Source: Spirochaetota bacterium
GTDB taxonomy: Bacteria; Spirochaetota; UBA4802; UB4802
NCBI GenBank assembly: GCA_029907515.1
Contig: JARYLT010000002.1
Coordinates: 14,343 to 78,342, forward strand
Length of the DNA: 64,000 nucleotides
Direction of reading: 5' to 3'
Of this stretch, positions 40,573 to 49,994 are shown in pieces (positions within the stretch are counted from its first letter, which is position 1; each line of letters begins with the position of its first letter). The translations under genes and the position numbers were made by a program. The notes under the pieces were generated by a model that saw only the letters and a program-made list of their open reading frames with translations, had not been told where the DNA came from and ran no database searches.

Positions 40573-42885
40573 TTACTGTCTGCTTAAATCGTATACAAGC
40601 TGATATTGATAATAAAACTTTTTAATACGCTCAATATAGCCCTTAGTCTCAGCAAATGGGGCCATAACAGTGAACTTGTCTTCATTATCGTATTGCCATT
40701 TCAATACATTGCCAATACCCGCATTATACGCAGCTGAAACTAATGTAATATCATTTTTCAGATTTTTCATTAACCAGGAAATATAATATGTTCCTAATTC
40801 TATAGATATACAGGGATTCTTCAACATTTCCTTATTAATCTGTCCAACCCCTGTTTTTGTAGCTATTTCTTTTGCAGTAGGCATCATTAATTGCATAAGG
40901 CCTATAGCACCTGCTGAGGATTCGGCATAAGGGTTGAAAAGGGATTCAGCTTTCATCACAGCATAAATGAAAGGTTCACATATATCATATTTTTTTGAAG
41001 ACTGTGCTACACATTGACCAAAAGGTTTTGGCAAAATGCTTTGGATTATATCATCATGCATTAAAAATATATTTTCTTTCATATCTAACCGTTTTAAAAG
41101 TTGAACTAAACTCTGGGCTGACAGAAAATAATTTTTATACTTTAATCCAAAAATGTATTGTAGCACATATACATCATTGTCATCGGGATTAATGTATAAT
41201 ACCAGTTCCCTATTTATTCCCTCACTGTACCCCATTGAAAAGTAATGTTCAATCCTGGTCACTATCTCACCTGGAATATGTAACAACAGCTTCTCATTAC
41301 GTGTAGGAATAGTAGTATACTGTATTTCACGGGATTTGGGAAAATATTTTTTTATCATTTCCAGTCGTTGTAAGCGTCTTTTATTATCTCGCTCCCTGTA
41401 GGTTAACATGGCATGGGTAAAAAGAGTGACTGTAAGATTATTTGTTTGAAGCGCCATTGAAAAATCGGAAGAAAGCTTTTCCACTGAATAGTTGGGTGAT
41501 AATCGCTCAAGCAATATCCATGTATAAGCAGAATGAGGCAAAAACGCTACCATAGAATAGGCTATTGTTTCAGCTTCATCTGGATTTTCCTCTTTTTTCA
41601 GATTATAAAGCCAGAAACATACCTCATCAGCGTATTTCCCGTTTGTACCAAATGTAGAATAATATTTTTCAAGATAATATAACGCAGTTTTTGTATTGGT
41701 AATAGTATTTTTAGAAAACAACCATAACAATTCCTGTGTAGCAGTATCATCAGGATAGTGTGCCACATACTCATCTACAGGTTTAGGATCTGTTTCTTTT
41801 CTCTGGACAGCATACAGTGCTTTATAATACAGTACCTTCTGTTTAAATTTTGGATTATCAGCATTTTCAAGTTTTGCCAGCCACTGCATGGCCTGTCCCT
41901 TTTTATCATTATCCCATAGTGTATCCACTATGGTAGCAGCAATATCATACCTGTAATCAGTTGCCTGATATGCATCATATATTGTTTTTAAGGCATCCGA
42001 TTTGCCCAAATGGCATAATGTTTTAACACGTATCATATCAAGATGTAATTTTTGTGTGCTTTCGGTAACCAGTTGTAAAAGGTTTTCATCTATAGAAACA
42101 ATATCCTGATAATTTTTTGTATTATACAAAGCTTCAAAAATAAGCTGTATTTCATCAGGATTCAATGCAATATCAGGATTTTTAGTTGTAATCTGTAATA
42201 TCCGCTTTGCTGCAATTTCAGACTGCCAGCTTGCTGTGCTTATCTTTAAAAGGTTATAATAACTATTCACTGCATCAGTGTTTTTGTCCTGCTTCTCATA
42301 CAGAGATGCTAATTTTATATACAACCATGCCAGTGAATCTCTATCGTTATATTTTGAAATACTTTTCTGTAATACCTTTTCAGCCTTGTCAAACTGTTTC
42401 AGTTGCCCTAACGCTTCAGCTTTAAGGATCTGTGCATCACGGAATACACCCGTTTTTTCATGTTTCATCAAATCAATAAATTTAATGACATATTCATATT
42501 CCTGATAGTACATGAATCCTTTTGCAATTTCATACATTGCATCATTATATAAATATGATTTCACCGAAAAACGGCTGACAAATCTATAAACTGGCTGCGG
42601 ATATATAGATAGTTTTCTTGCTCTCCGTTCAACAAAACAGCTATTGGCAAAGTGATATAGTGCCTTTTTATAATCTTTAGCTTCTTTATACGCTAATCCC
42701 AACATGAAATGTTCAGTGTAGGATAGCTCCCCTTTCTGTTCTAATGTTTGAATTATAGTTTCATTGTTGCTATAAAATCCTAATTCAGATAATCCCTGTG
42801 GCAATACAACGTCAGAACAGGAAAGAAAGGAAAAAATAGCTAAGGTCAAAAGAGCAACCATCGATGTATATGTTCGGATAATCAT
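40573..42885 (-). CDS. Soluble lytic murein transglycosylase (Slt) with superhelical TPR-like N-domain
   Basis: 770 aa. SLT catalytic motif ESLFNPYAESSAGAIGLMQLMMPTA plus AYNAG. Confidence 0.8.
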   Translation of the reverse strand: MIIRTYTSMVALLTLAIFSFLSCSDVVLPQGLSELGFYSNNETIIQTLEQKGELSYTEHFMLGLAYKEAKDYKKALYHFANSCFVERRARKLSIYPQPVYRFVSRFSVKSYLYNDAMYEIAKGFMYYQEYEYVIKFIDLMKHEKTGVFRDAQILKAEALGQLKQFDKAEKVLQKSISKYNDRDSLAWLYIKLASLYEKQDKNTDAVNSYYNLLKISTASWQSEIAAKRILQITTKNPDIALNPDEIQLIFEALYNTKNYQDIVSIDENLLQLVTESTQKLHLDMIRVKTLCHLGKSDALKTIYDAYQATDYRYDIAATIVDTLWDNDKKGQAMQWLAKLENADNPKFKQKVLYYKALYAVQRKETDPKPVDEYVAHYPDDTATQELLWLFSKNTITNTKTALYYLEKYYSTFGTNGKYADEVCFWLYNLKKEENPDEAETIAYSMVAFLPHSAYTWILLERLSPNYSVEKLSSDFSMALQTNNLTVTLFTHAMLTYRERDNKRRLQRLEMIKKYFPKSREIQYTTIPTRNEKLLLHIPGEIVTRIEHYFSMGYSEGINRELVLYINPDDNDVYVLQYIFGLKYKNYFLSAQSLVQLLKRLDMKENIFLMHDDIIQSILPKPFGQCVAQSSKKYDICEPFIYAVMKAESLFNPYAESSAGAIGLMQLMMPTAKEIATKTGVGQINKEMLKNPCISIELGTYYISWLMKNLKNDITLVSAAYNAGIGNVLKWQYDNEDKFTVMAPFAETKGYIERIKKFYYQYQLVYDLSRQ

Positions 42886-42887
42886 GA

Positions 42888-43742
42888 TTATTCTTCCTCT
42901 TTTTGGTAATCTGCATACTCGGGCAATTCTTGCAATGAACCATTACTCCACACATCATCATAAAACGAATAATTATCAATAAGCCGATAGTAGCTGTCAG
43001 CCAGAACCTTTAACATATAGTTTTTTTCATTTTCATCTTTAACTGATTCTAATTTTGTTTTCATATATGAATAAATATATGGCTCATTCCCAACGTTCTT
43101 TTTATTTTCAAGTCTACTATTTGAGTCTTTATTATTAAATGCAATATATGCAAGTAAAGCATATCGTTTAGCCTGTTTGGCTTTTTTCAAAGCCTGAATA
43201 TATTTATACAAACGCATCGAGTACAGTGTTGTCCTGTAACTATCGGCCATAACCATATACATACGGGCCTGTTCATTATTTGTATAGCCTAAATTACAAT
43301 AATGCTTTGATACATAATCATCTTTCAAGATAGGTCCTGGCGACACGGTATCTAATAGTTTTTTCCCTTCATCAATTTCACGATGTAAAACCATTCTGTA
43401 TAATGATATCAGTAATTCTTGAGTTTTACGAATATTTTCATACGAATCTTTAAACTTGAATTTCATATATAAAAATTTTGCAAACATATCATATAATATT
43501 GCCTTGCGGCAGATTATCCTTTCCTCTTCCACTGAAACATTTGATACAGAAAAATTAACAAAATAAAAGAAGCGCTCATTATCTTTAAGCCCTTTTTCTG
43601 CTTTACGCTGTTCTCCAGCACTCTGACTGCTCTTTGTCCTTTGCGCAATTAGAGTATTTTGAAGTGGTAAAAGCATTACCACCACTATACTAAAGATAAT
43701 TATTGAGATTATAGCTCTCATGTCTGAAAACCTATGTCCCAT
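42888..43742 (-). CDS. Hypothetical membrane-anchored protein
   Basis: 284 aa with an N-terminal TM helix. No motif recognised. Stop is 3 nt from the slt start. Confidence 0.4.
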   Translation of the reverse strand: MGHRFSDMRAIISIIIFSIVVVMLLPLQNTLIAQRTKSSQSAGEQRKAEKGLKDNERFFYFVNFSVSNVSVEEERIICRKAILYDMFAKFLYMKFKFKDSYENIRKTQELLISLYRMVLHREIDEGKKLLDTVSPGPILKDDYVSKHYCNLGYTNNEQARMYMVMADSYRTTLYSMRLYKYIQALKKAKQAKRYALLAYIAFNNKDSNSRLENKKNVGNEPYIYSYMKTKLESVKDENEKNYMLKVLADSYYRLIDNYSFYDDVWSNGSLQELPEYADYQKEEE

Positions 43743-43851
43743 ACTTAGTATTAATAAACTCCTTATATTTTATGATTGACTATATCCATCCGCATACTAT
43801 AGTACCTGTATAAAAGTGTTATACGTAATCATACTATCAGGGGATATTATT

Positions 43852-44823
43852 ATGAAAACCAGAACAACCTTATTATTAGTATCGATTATTTCTTTACTGT
43901 TTTATATAACCTGTACTACATTTGATCCTTCAATATTGCAGAAAAAACCCACTGTTACTTTTAAAGATTTTCAATTCAAAGAAATAACGCTAAATGATAT
44001 GACCATGTTTTTTTCACTGGATGTTGAAAATCCTTATCCAGTAACATTGTACTTAGATTCCATACAAAGTCAAATATATATTGATACATTCTCATTATTT
44101 TCACTACAATCCGCAGATAAACTAAAACTATCCAGGAATTCAAAAACAAACAAAACATTTGCCCTTACTATCACATACGACCAACTTATAAAGGCTGTAA
44201 AAGAATATTACAATAAAGATTCAATTGTCATAACAATAAAGGGTACTATTGCTTTTTCACTGCCACCATCAATTCAGATTGTACAATCAATAGCTGTCCC
44301 TTTTACAATTAAAAAGGAAATCCCAACAATCAAGCCAACAATTGATATAGCACATTTTAAATTAATTCCACCTTCACTATCTGATTTAAAAAATATTATA
44401 AAAAATATCAACCCACTTGAAATTCCATCTCTGTACACTGATATCCAGAACTTTTGCCAGGGGAAGGGTGTTCCTGACAGTATATCAAAATTTGATATAC
44501 CGCTATCTGTTGCATTTGATATTATAATCAAAAATAAAACAAAGGCCGCATTGGTCGGTAAATCGCTCAATTATAATTTTATACTCCACGATAGTGAAAT
44601 AGCTAAAGGTCAACCAACCATACAGAATGCTGATGGCGCTTCAAAAATCAACTGTGTCACTACTTTAAGCACCAAAAATATTAGCAAAGGCCTGACACAG
44701 GCTATTGCACAGAAGAATATTCAGTACACACTGAAAGGGAATATGCTCTTCAATGCTGCATTAAAAGGGACAGAATTACCTGTACCATTCACAATTAATC
44801 AGCAGGGCACCATCAAATGGTAA
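43852..44823 (+). CDS. Lipoprotein with tandem LEA_2/WHy (water-stress/hypersensitive-response) domains
   Basis: Lipobox-like LLFYITC. The first repeat has the DVENPYP...L..I...IYID pattern typical of LEA-14/NDR1-like domains. The track ORF starts at 43816, but an internal ATG at 43852 follows an SD-like ggggat. Confidence 0.4.
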   Translation: MKTRTTLLLVSIISLLFYITCTTFDPSILQKKPTVTFKDFQFKEITLNDMTMFFSLDVENPYPVTLYLDSIQSQIYIDTFSLFSLQSADKLKLSRNSKTNKTFALTITYDQLIKAVKEYYNKDSIVITIKGTIAFSLPPSIQIVQSIAVPFTIKKEIPTIKPTIDIAHFKLIPPSLSDLKNIIKNINPLEIPSLYTDIQNFCQGKGVPDSISKFDIPLSVAFDIIIKNKTKAALVGKSLNYNFILHDSEIAKGQPTIQNADGASKINCVTTLSTKNISKGLTQAIAQKNIQYTLKGNMLFNAALKGTELPVPFTINQQGTIKW

Positions 44824-44915
44824 GAATATACAATTTAATAATTGACTCATACATACTGTAAGAAACTATAGTAACACAGTTATTATTTATACATCGTGAT
44901 TAAAAGGAGTTCACA

Positions 44916-45983
44916 ATGAACGTTATTCCTGTAATACTTGCTGGTGGTTCAGGCACAAGGCTATGGCCACTTAGCAATGAAGAAAAACCCAAGCAATTTC
45001 ATAATATTACAGGCGAAGGCACACTGCTTGAACTGACAATTAACAGACTAAAACCACTTAATCCTGATTTTTGCCTTATTGTCACAGCACGTATGTATGA
45101 AGAAATGTCCTATGATGAATTAAAAAAAACAGGGCTAAAGGGGAGTATTATCTCTGAACCCATGCCAAGAAATACCGCGCCTGCAATTCTGTATGCAGCA
45201 ACCTATCTTTCAAAATTATATGATGATGCCATAATGCTCATTTTGCCTGCTGATCATTATATCAAAAAAACAGATGTATTTGTAACTATTCTGAAAAAAG
45301 CAATTGAACACGCACATAATAATCATCTGGTAACTATCGGTATCACCCCAACATATCCTGAAACAGGGTATGGATATATAAAAGCCTATGATGACCCTTC
45401 AGAAGTAAAACCCGTTGAGATGTTTGTTGAAAAACCAAATTTAGAAACAGCAAAAAAATACCTCAGGGAAGGTAATTACTTCTGGAATAGTGGTATTTTT
45501 GTATGGAAAATATCCGTTATTCTGGAATACTATCAAAAACTTATGCCAAAACTATACCAGTCATTTCAGCCTCTGCGCGATCTCACCGTAGAACAGCTTA
45601 CCCAGAATGATGAATTGCCATGGGAAATCAAGCGTAATGTATTCTCACAGATTGAAGCAATATCTATTGACTATGGCATCATGGAAAAAGCCGACCAGCG
45701 GTATGTAATTCCCGGTGAATTTGGATGGGCTGATTTAGGTAGCTGGGCTTCAATTGATGATGTACTATCGCCCAATACTGATATGAACCGATCTCCCTAT
45801 CCTGAAAAGGTTATTTTTCACCTTTCAAAAAATTGCACCGTATTCCCTGATACTAAACTCATTGCAGTGGTTGGCTTGCATGACGTTGTTGTGGTAGATT
45901 CAGGAAATGAAATCCTTGTTATGGATAAGAATGCATCCCAGGATCTCAGGGAAGTTGTAAATCGTATCAAGAATAATCGTTAA
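44916..45983 (+). CDS. manC: Mannose-1-phosphate guanylyltransferase
   Basis: 355 aa. ILAGGSGTRLWPLS nucleotidyltransferase loop. RBS aaaaggag. Confidence 0.85.
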   Translation: MNVIPVILAGGSGTRLWPLSNEEKPKQFHNITGEGTLLELTINRLKPLNPDFCLIVTARMYEEMSYDELKKTGLKGSIISEPMPRNTAPAILYAATYLSKLYDDAIMLILPADHYIKKTDVFVTILKKAIEHAHNNHLVTIGITPTYPETGYGYIKAYDDPSEVKPVEMFVEKPNLETAKKYLREGNYFWNSGIFVWKISVILEYYQKLMPKLYQSFQPLRDLTVEQLTQNDELPWEIKRNVFSQIEAISIDYGIMEKADQRYVIPGEFGWADLGSWASIDDVLSPNTDMNRSPYPEKVIFHLSKNCTVFPDTKLIAVVGLHDVVVVDSGNEILVMDKNASQDLREVVNRIKNNR

Positions 45984-46695
45984 AAACGGCACTAATAGCG
46001 TTTTTGATTGTATCCCTGACTCCTTCATTAAGAGAAGAGCTTTGATTGAGCGATAGTTCTCGCATATGCAGGTGGTATTCAGGCTCACTGTAGTAAAACA
46101 CGGGTACTGGCACCGTATTAAAAAAATCAGCTACCATCATCAATGATCTATTAACTAAAGTTACCACAATACTATTCGTAGTACTTTTTTCAGGAACTAT
46201 CGGTTCCCCTAACTTATCTTCAATCAATTGCACAATCCATATAAAGCTGAGCGGATCAATGATGCCAATTGAATAAGTATACCAGTTATCCGTATATCTA
46301 ATCAGTATCTTTTTTAAGCGATCATCAAGTAATGTATATGCAGGACAAAAGTAATCATTACATATTTCTTTCCCAAATAGACTACAATCTCTTCTGTCAA
46401 TCCCATTGTTAACTACAGGGTGCATCAGACATCCTGGAGTATTGCTGTCAATAAACCCCATATAGGGACACACATAGGTTGTGGTTTCCCTGAACGTATA
46501 CTGTTTTTGCAGCGATTCAAAATTCCTTACGATGTTGCCAGCTACCGGTGAATAGCGTATTTCAGCAGTTGCGTCAGATAAAAAGTGCTCTAACCCTGCT
46601 AAAGAGATATCAGCACAGTTAAAAAGCCCACAACACACGCAACACCCTTTTCCTTGTGCAGGCTGGCATAGGGATATTTTATTAGAAGCATTCAT
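45967..46695 (-). CDS. Hypothetical cysteine-rich protein (possible YkgJ-like CxxCC metal-binding domain)
   Basis: 242 aa. N-terminal CQPAQGKGCCVCCGLFNC. Further Cys at CPYMGF, PGCLMHP and CPAY. Confidence 0.35.
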   Translation of the reverse strand: MNASNKISLCQPAQGKGCCVCCGLFNCADISLAGLEHFLSDATAEIRYSPVAGNIVRNFESLQKQYTFRETTTYVCPYMGFIDSNTPGCLMHPVVNNGIDRRDCSLFGKEICNDYFCPAYTLLDDRLKKILIRYTDNWYTYSIGIIDPLSFIWIVQLIEDKLGEPIVPEKSTTNSIVVTLVNRSLMMVADFFNTVPVPVFYYSEPEYHLHMRELSLNQSSSLNEGVRDTIKNAISAVFNDYS

Positions 46696-46777
46696 ATTAA
46701 TTCACTTGCACATTCCCATGCATTTTGGTATGTTAATATTAAACGTACACCACATTTATAGTATAGCAGATTTTTTT

Positions 46778-47416
46778 ATGAAATATAGGGATAATCTTTA
46801 CGAGCTTCTTGATGTTTCCCCACTTTCTTCAAAGGAGGAGATACGGAGGGCTTTCTGTACAAAGGTTAAAGCGTTACATCCTGACAGCACAGGTTTAAGC
46901 TCTGAGAGATTTACCGTAGAACTTCAGAAGGTCATTGAAGCTTACCGCATCCTCATGGATGACAGAGAGCGTGCCCATTATGATGCCACACTCTTACAAT
47001 ATCCTAAAAAACTTGAGAAGCACTATATACCACAAAAACGCATCAGATACTCCATATCACTTAAAGATTTATTAAAGAAGGAGTTTTTACCAAAAAAGAT
47101 GCGTCGCAAGGACATTATTCATGAATTTGACCATGACATTGAGATAGTATGTACACAACAGGAAATTTCAAAAGGGGCAGTAGCATTAGTTCAGTTGCCA
47201 TCCCGTATACTGTGTCCTCTTTGTAACGGTCAGCACCGTGATTGTTACGTATGCAATGGGTTGGGACGTATATCCAGTGCTTCAACATTCGAGATTGAAC
47301 TACCTGCTGACATAACAAAAACAACAATACTAACTGTTGACCTCAGAAAATACAGGCCAGGTACTTTTACCGATCTAACCATAAAGTACCTGCGTATAAA
47401 AGTCACCATAGTATAA
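46778..47416 (+). CDS. J-domain protein with CxxC-x-CxxC zinc finger
   Basis: YELLDVSP...ALHPDS (HPD motif). CPLCNGQHRDCYVCNG. The track ORF starts at 46706, only 11 nt from the divergent gene, so the in-frame ATG at 46778 is preferred. Confidence 0.55.
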   Translation: MKYRDNLYELLDVSPLSSKEEIRRAFCTKVKALHPDSTGLSSERFTVELQKVIEAYRILMDDRERAHYDATLLQYPKKLEKHYIPQKRIRYSISLKDLLKKEFLPKKMRRKDIIHEFDHDIEIVCTQQEISKGAVALVQLPSRILCPLCNGQHRDCYVCNGLGRISSASTFEIELPADITKTTILTVDLRKYRPGTFTDLTIKYLRIKVTIV

Positions 47417-47423
47417 AGGTAGT

Positions 47424-48719
47424 CTACCTGAATCGTATTCTCAACGAATCACCATGTTTATCATCAAATCCTTCAACCTGCGACATACGTGATACATGTT
47501 CTGTAGCCTGCTGTAGTGCTGATGGTGTCAGATACTGAAATGATGTACGGCGCATAAACGTTTCAACACCAAGCCCCGAAGAAAAGCGAGCAGCTCCTCC
47601 TGTAGGCAGTACATGATTGGTCCCTGAAAAATAATCACCAACTGCAACAGGAGCATAAGCCCCCAGAAAGAGTGATCCAACATTTTTAATTTGTGTAAGA
47701 TAGTTAAGTGGATTTTCCACCATCAATTCCATATGCTCAGGGCCATAATTATTGGAAAAATCTATGGCTTCCTCAATTGATGAGACAAGAATAATATGAG
47801 CATTTTTTATTGCCTGTTTTTTAATTTCATGCCTGCCTCTTCCGGAGTTTATATCTTCTTCAATATATGTGATCACTTTTTGTGCCAGCGATTCAGATGT
47901 TGTAACAAGAATTGCAATGGCCATCTCTTCATGCTCTGCCTGTGACAGTAAATCCCATGCTACCCAGTGAGGGTTTGCTTGCTCATCGGCTATTATCAAC
48001 ACCTCACTTGGTCCGGCAAGCGAATCAATCTGAATGACTCCCTGGCTGAAGAGATATGCCTTGGCAGCAGTTACATAGATATTGCCGGGTCCCACAATAA
48101 TATCGGCTTTGGGCACAGTCTGTGTTCCAAACGCTGCAGCAGCAATACCCTGTGCACCGCCAGATTTGATTATAGTTGTGATACCCAGTATGTGCGCCAT
48201 TGCCCCAATATATGAAGCTATTGCCCCATCCTTTGACGGTGGCGTTATAATTGAAATATGTTTGCATCCAGCAATCTGGGCTGGAATAACTCCCATCAAT
48301 ACTGAAGAGGGATATGACGCTTTCCCACCAGGGACATATACCGCCGCACTTTCTACTGGTTGGTATAGCATCCCAAGTGTAGTGCCATCTTCCCGTGTGT
48401 AGATGAACGAATCCCTTTTCTGGTGCAGATGGAATTCGCGTATGTTTTCTATTGCCTTTGTAAATGAATCAATTACTTTTGCATCAGTATTATGATATGC
48501 TGCTGTAATTTCTTTCTCTGTTGCACACACTTCGTGTAACGTAACCCCGTCAAACTTATTAGTAAATTCTATAACAGCCTTGTCACCTTCATCACGTACT
48601 TTCTGCACAATTGGAATAACGTTATTAACCATTATTCCGGTAAAATCATCGCCAAAACGCTGAAACAGTGTATTGCGTTCTTTTTGCGTCAAATCAGATA
48701 ATTTCCTGATAGCTATCAT
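47424..48719 (-). CDS. hisD: Histidinol dehydrogenase
   Basis: 431 aa. Motifs VESAAVYVPGGKASYPSSVLM and HVLPTGGAARF. Confidence 0.95.
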   Translation of the reverse strand: MIAIRKLSDLTQKERNTLFQRFGDDFTGIMVNNVIPIVQKVRDEGDKAVIEFTNKFDGVTLHEVCATEKEITAAYHNTDAKVIDSFTKAIENIREFHLHQKRDSFIYTREDGTTLGMLYQPVESAAVYVPGGKASYPSSVLMGVIPAQIAGCKHISIITPPSKDGAIASYIGAMAHILGITTIIKSGGAQGIAAAAFGTQTVPKADIIVGPGNIYVTAAKAYLFSQGVIQIDSLAGPSEVLIIADEQANPHWVAWDLLSQAEHEEMAIAILVTTSESLAQKVITYIEEDINSGRGRHEIKKQAIKNAHIILVSSIEEAIDFSNNYGPEHMELMVENPLNYLTQIKNVGSLFLGAYAPVAVGDYFSGTNHVLPTGGAARFSSGLGVETFMRRTSFQYLTPSALQQATEHVSRMSQVEGFDDKHGDSLRIRFR

Positions 48720-48827
48720 GGTTGCTCCTCATTATTATAGAAGGTTATTCATTATTTCTTGACTTTATCATTACCATTCTTTAAAATATCACAAACTGTA
48801 CAGTAAAAAAATATTTCTGGAGGTCCT

Positions 48828-49091
48828 ATGTTCAAGCATATAGCAGTAATAATGATAGCGATAGCTCTTGTTATAACCGGTTGCAAAAAAACCACCATAA
48901 CACCAAAACTTTTTGTCACCATACAAAATGAAATTCTTGACAGCGATATGCAGCAGACAACAAAAGAAGACATCGTGAAAAAATATGGCATTACTCTTCA
49001 ACAGTATGAAGAATATGAAAAACAGGTTGAAAGTGATCCAGAGTTAAAAGCACTGGTTGGAAAAGAACGCCTCAACATTATGAAAAAATAG
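48828..49091 (+). CDS. Hypothetical small lipoprotein
   Basis: 87 aa. Lipobox VITGC. RBS ggagg. Confidence 0.4.
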   Translation: MFKHIAVIMIAIALVITGCKKTTITPKLFVTIQNEILDSDMQQTTKEDIVKKYGITLQQYEEYEKQVESDPELKALVGKERLNIMKK

Positions 49092-49093
49092 CA

Positions 49094-49915
49094 TCACGCT
49101 ATTCCAAGAACTGTTTCCACATTCTTATATAAGACATACTCCGCACTTTCTCCAAGTGCTTCTATATGTTGTTTATAGCGTGAATACTCTAGTAGTGGGA
49201 AATCACTCCCAAATAGTATTTTTTCTTTTCCACACATCTGTATGGCTATGTCATAAATACCAGAATCATACAGAAAAGGAGTTGCTGCAGTATCATAATA
49301 CACATGAGTCAAGGATTTCTTAACCTCAGGCATCAACTCATAAAATAATAGGCCCCCTCCCCAGTGGGAACAGATAATTGGTATGTTAGTATACTGCGAA
49401 CACAGTGCAAAAAGACTGCGCATATCTGTATAATATTTTCCGGTATAGATATGGCCCACCGGTTCATTGACATGCAGACATACAGGCAAAGTAAACTTTT
49501 CAGCTATAGCAAGAATCTGTCCCAGTAACATTTCCTCTTCTTCATTAAATCCATTAGCATAAAAGGCTACTTCACCAATACCATATAATCCCAGCTTTTT
49601 AATTGATTCTATCTGTTTGTACACATCACCGTTCAGAGCTATCGCCCCAAATGCATATATTTTCCCTTTATATGTATGCTGCACAGTAGCAAGATACTCA
49701 TTGTGCATTTGAGCATACTCTTCCTTTTGCCAGGTAAAACCCAGCACCAGCGAGGCATCCACACCATTGTGTTCCATTGATTCTACAAGCATTTCAGCAT
49801 GTGCAATGCGCGCTTTGCCATAATATAGCAGAGAAAATTGTCTGTCATCGCAATAGTGTTCTTTGTTTTGTACCATATCATTAGTAAAAATATGTGTATG
49901 CCCATCAATAATCAT
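49094..49915 (-). CDS. Amidohydrolase-2 family metal-dependent hydrolase (TIM barrel)
   Basis: 273 aa. N-terminal MIIDGHTHIF. Confidence 0.65.
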   Translation of the reverse strand: MIIDGHTHIFTNDMVQNKEHYCDDRQFSLLYYGKARIAHAEMLVESMEHNGVDASLVLGFTWQKEEYAQMHNEYLATVQHTYKGKIYAFGAIALNGDVYKQIESIKKLGLYGIGEVAFYANGFNEEEEMLLGQILAIAEKFTLPVCLHVNEPVGHIYTGKYYTDMRSLFALCSQYTNIPIICSHWGGGLLFYELMPEVKKSLTHVYYDTAATPFLYDSGIYDIAIQMCGKEKILFGSDFPLLEYSRYKQHIEALGESAEYVLYKNVETVLGIA

Positions 49916-49994
49916 TGTATACCCTATTATGTATTGACATTATCATATACTTTTTTAGTATTTTATCTTCAGGCAACGTTTACTACTATTTATT

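Noticed and set aside
32753-44823. The idea that the HEAT, TPR and FecR-rich region is a defence island
   Set aside because: No nuclease, ATPase, methyltransferase, toxin-antitoxin or other defence-associated domain is present. All products look like envelope or periplasmic structural and regulatory proteins, with housekeeping surE and slt interspersed.
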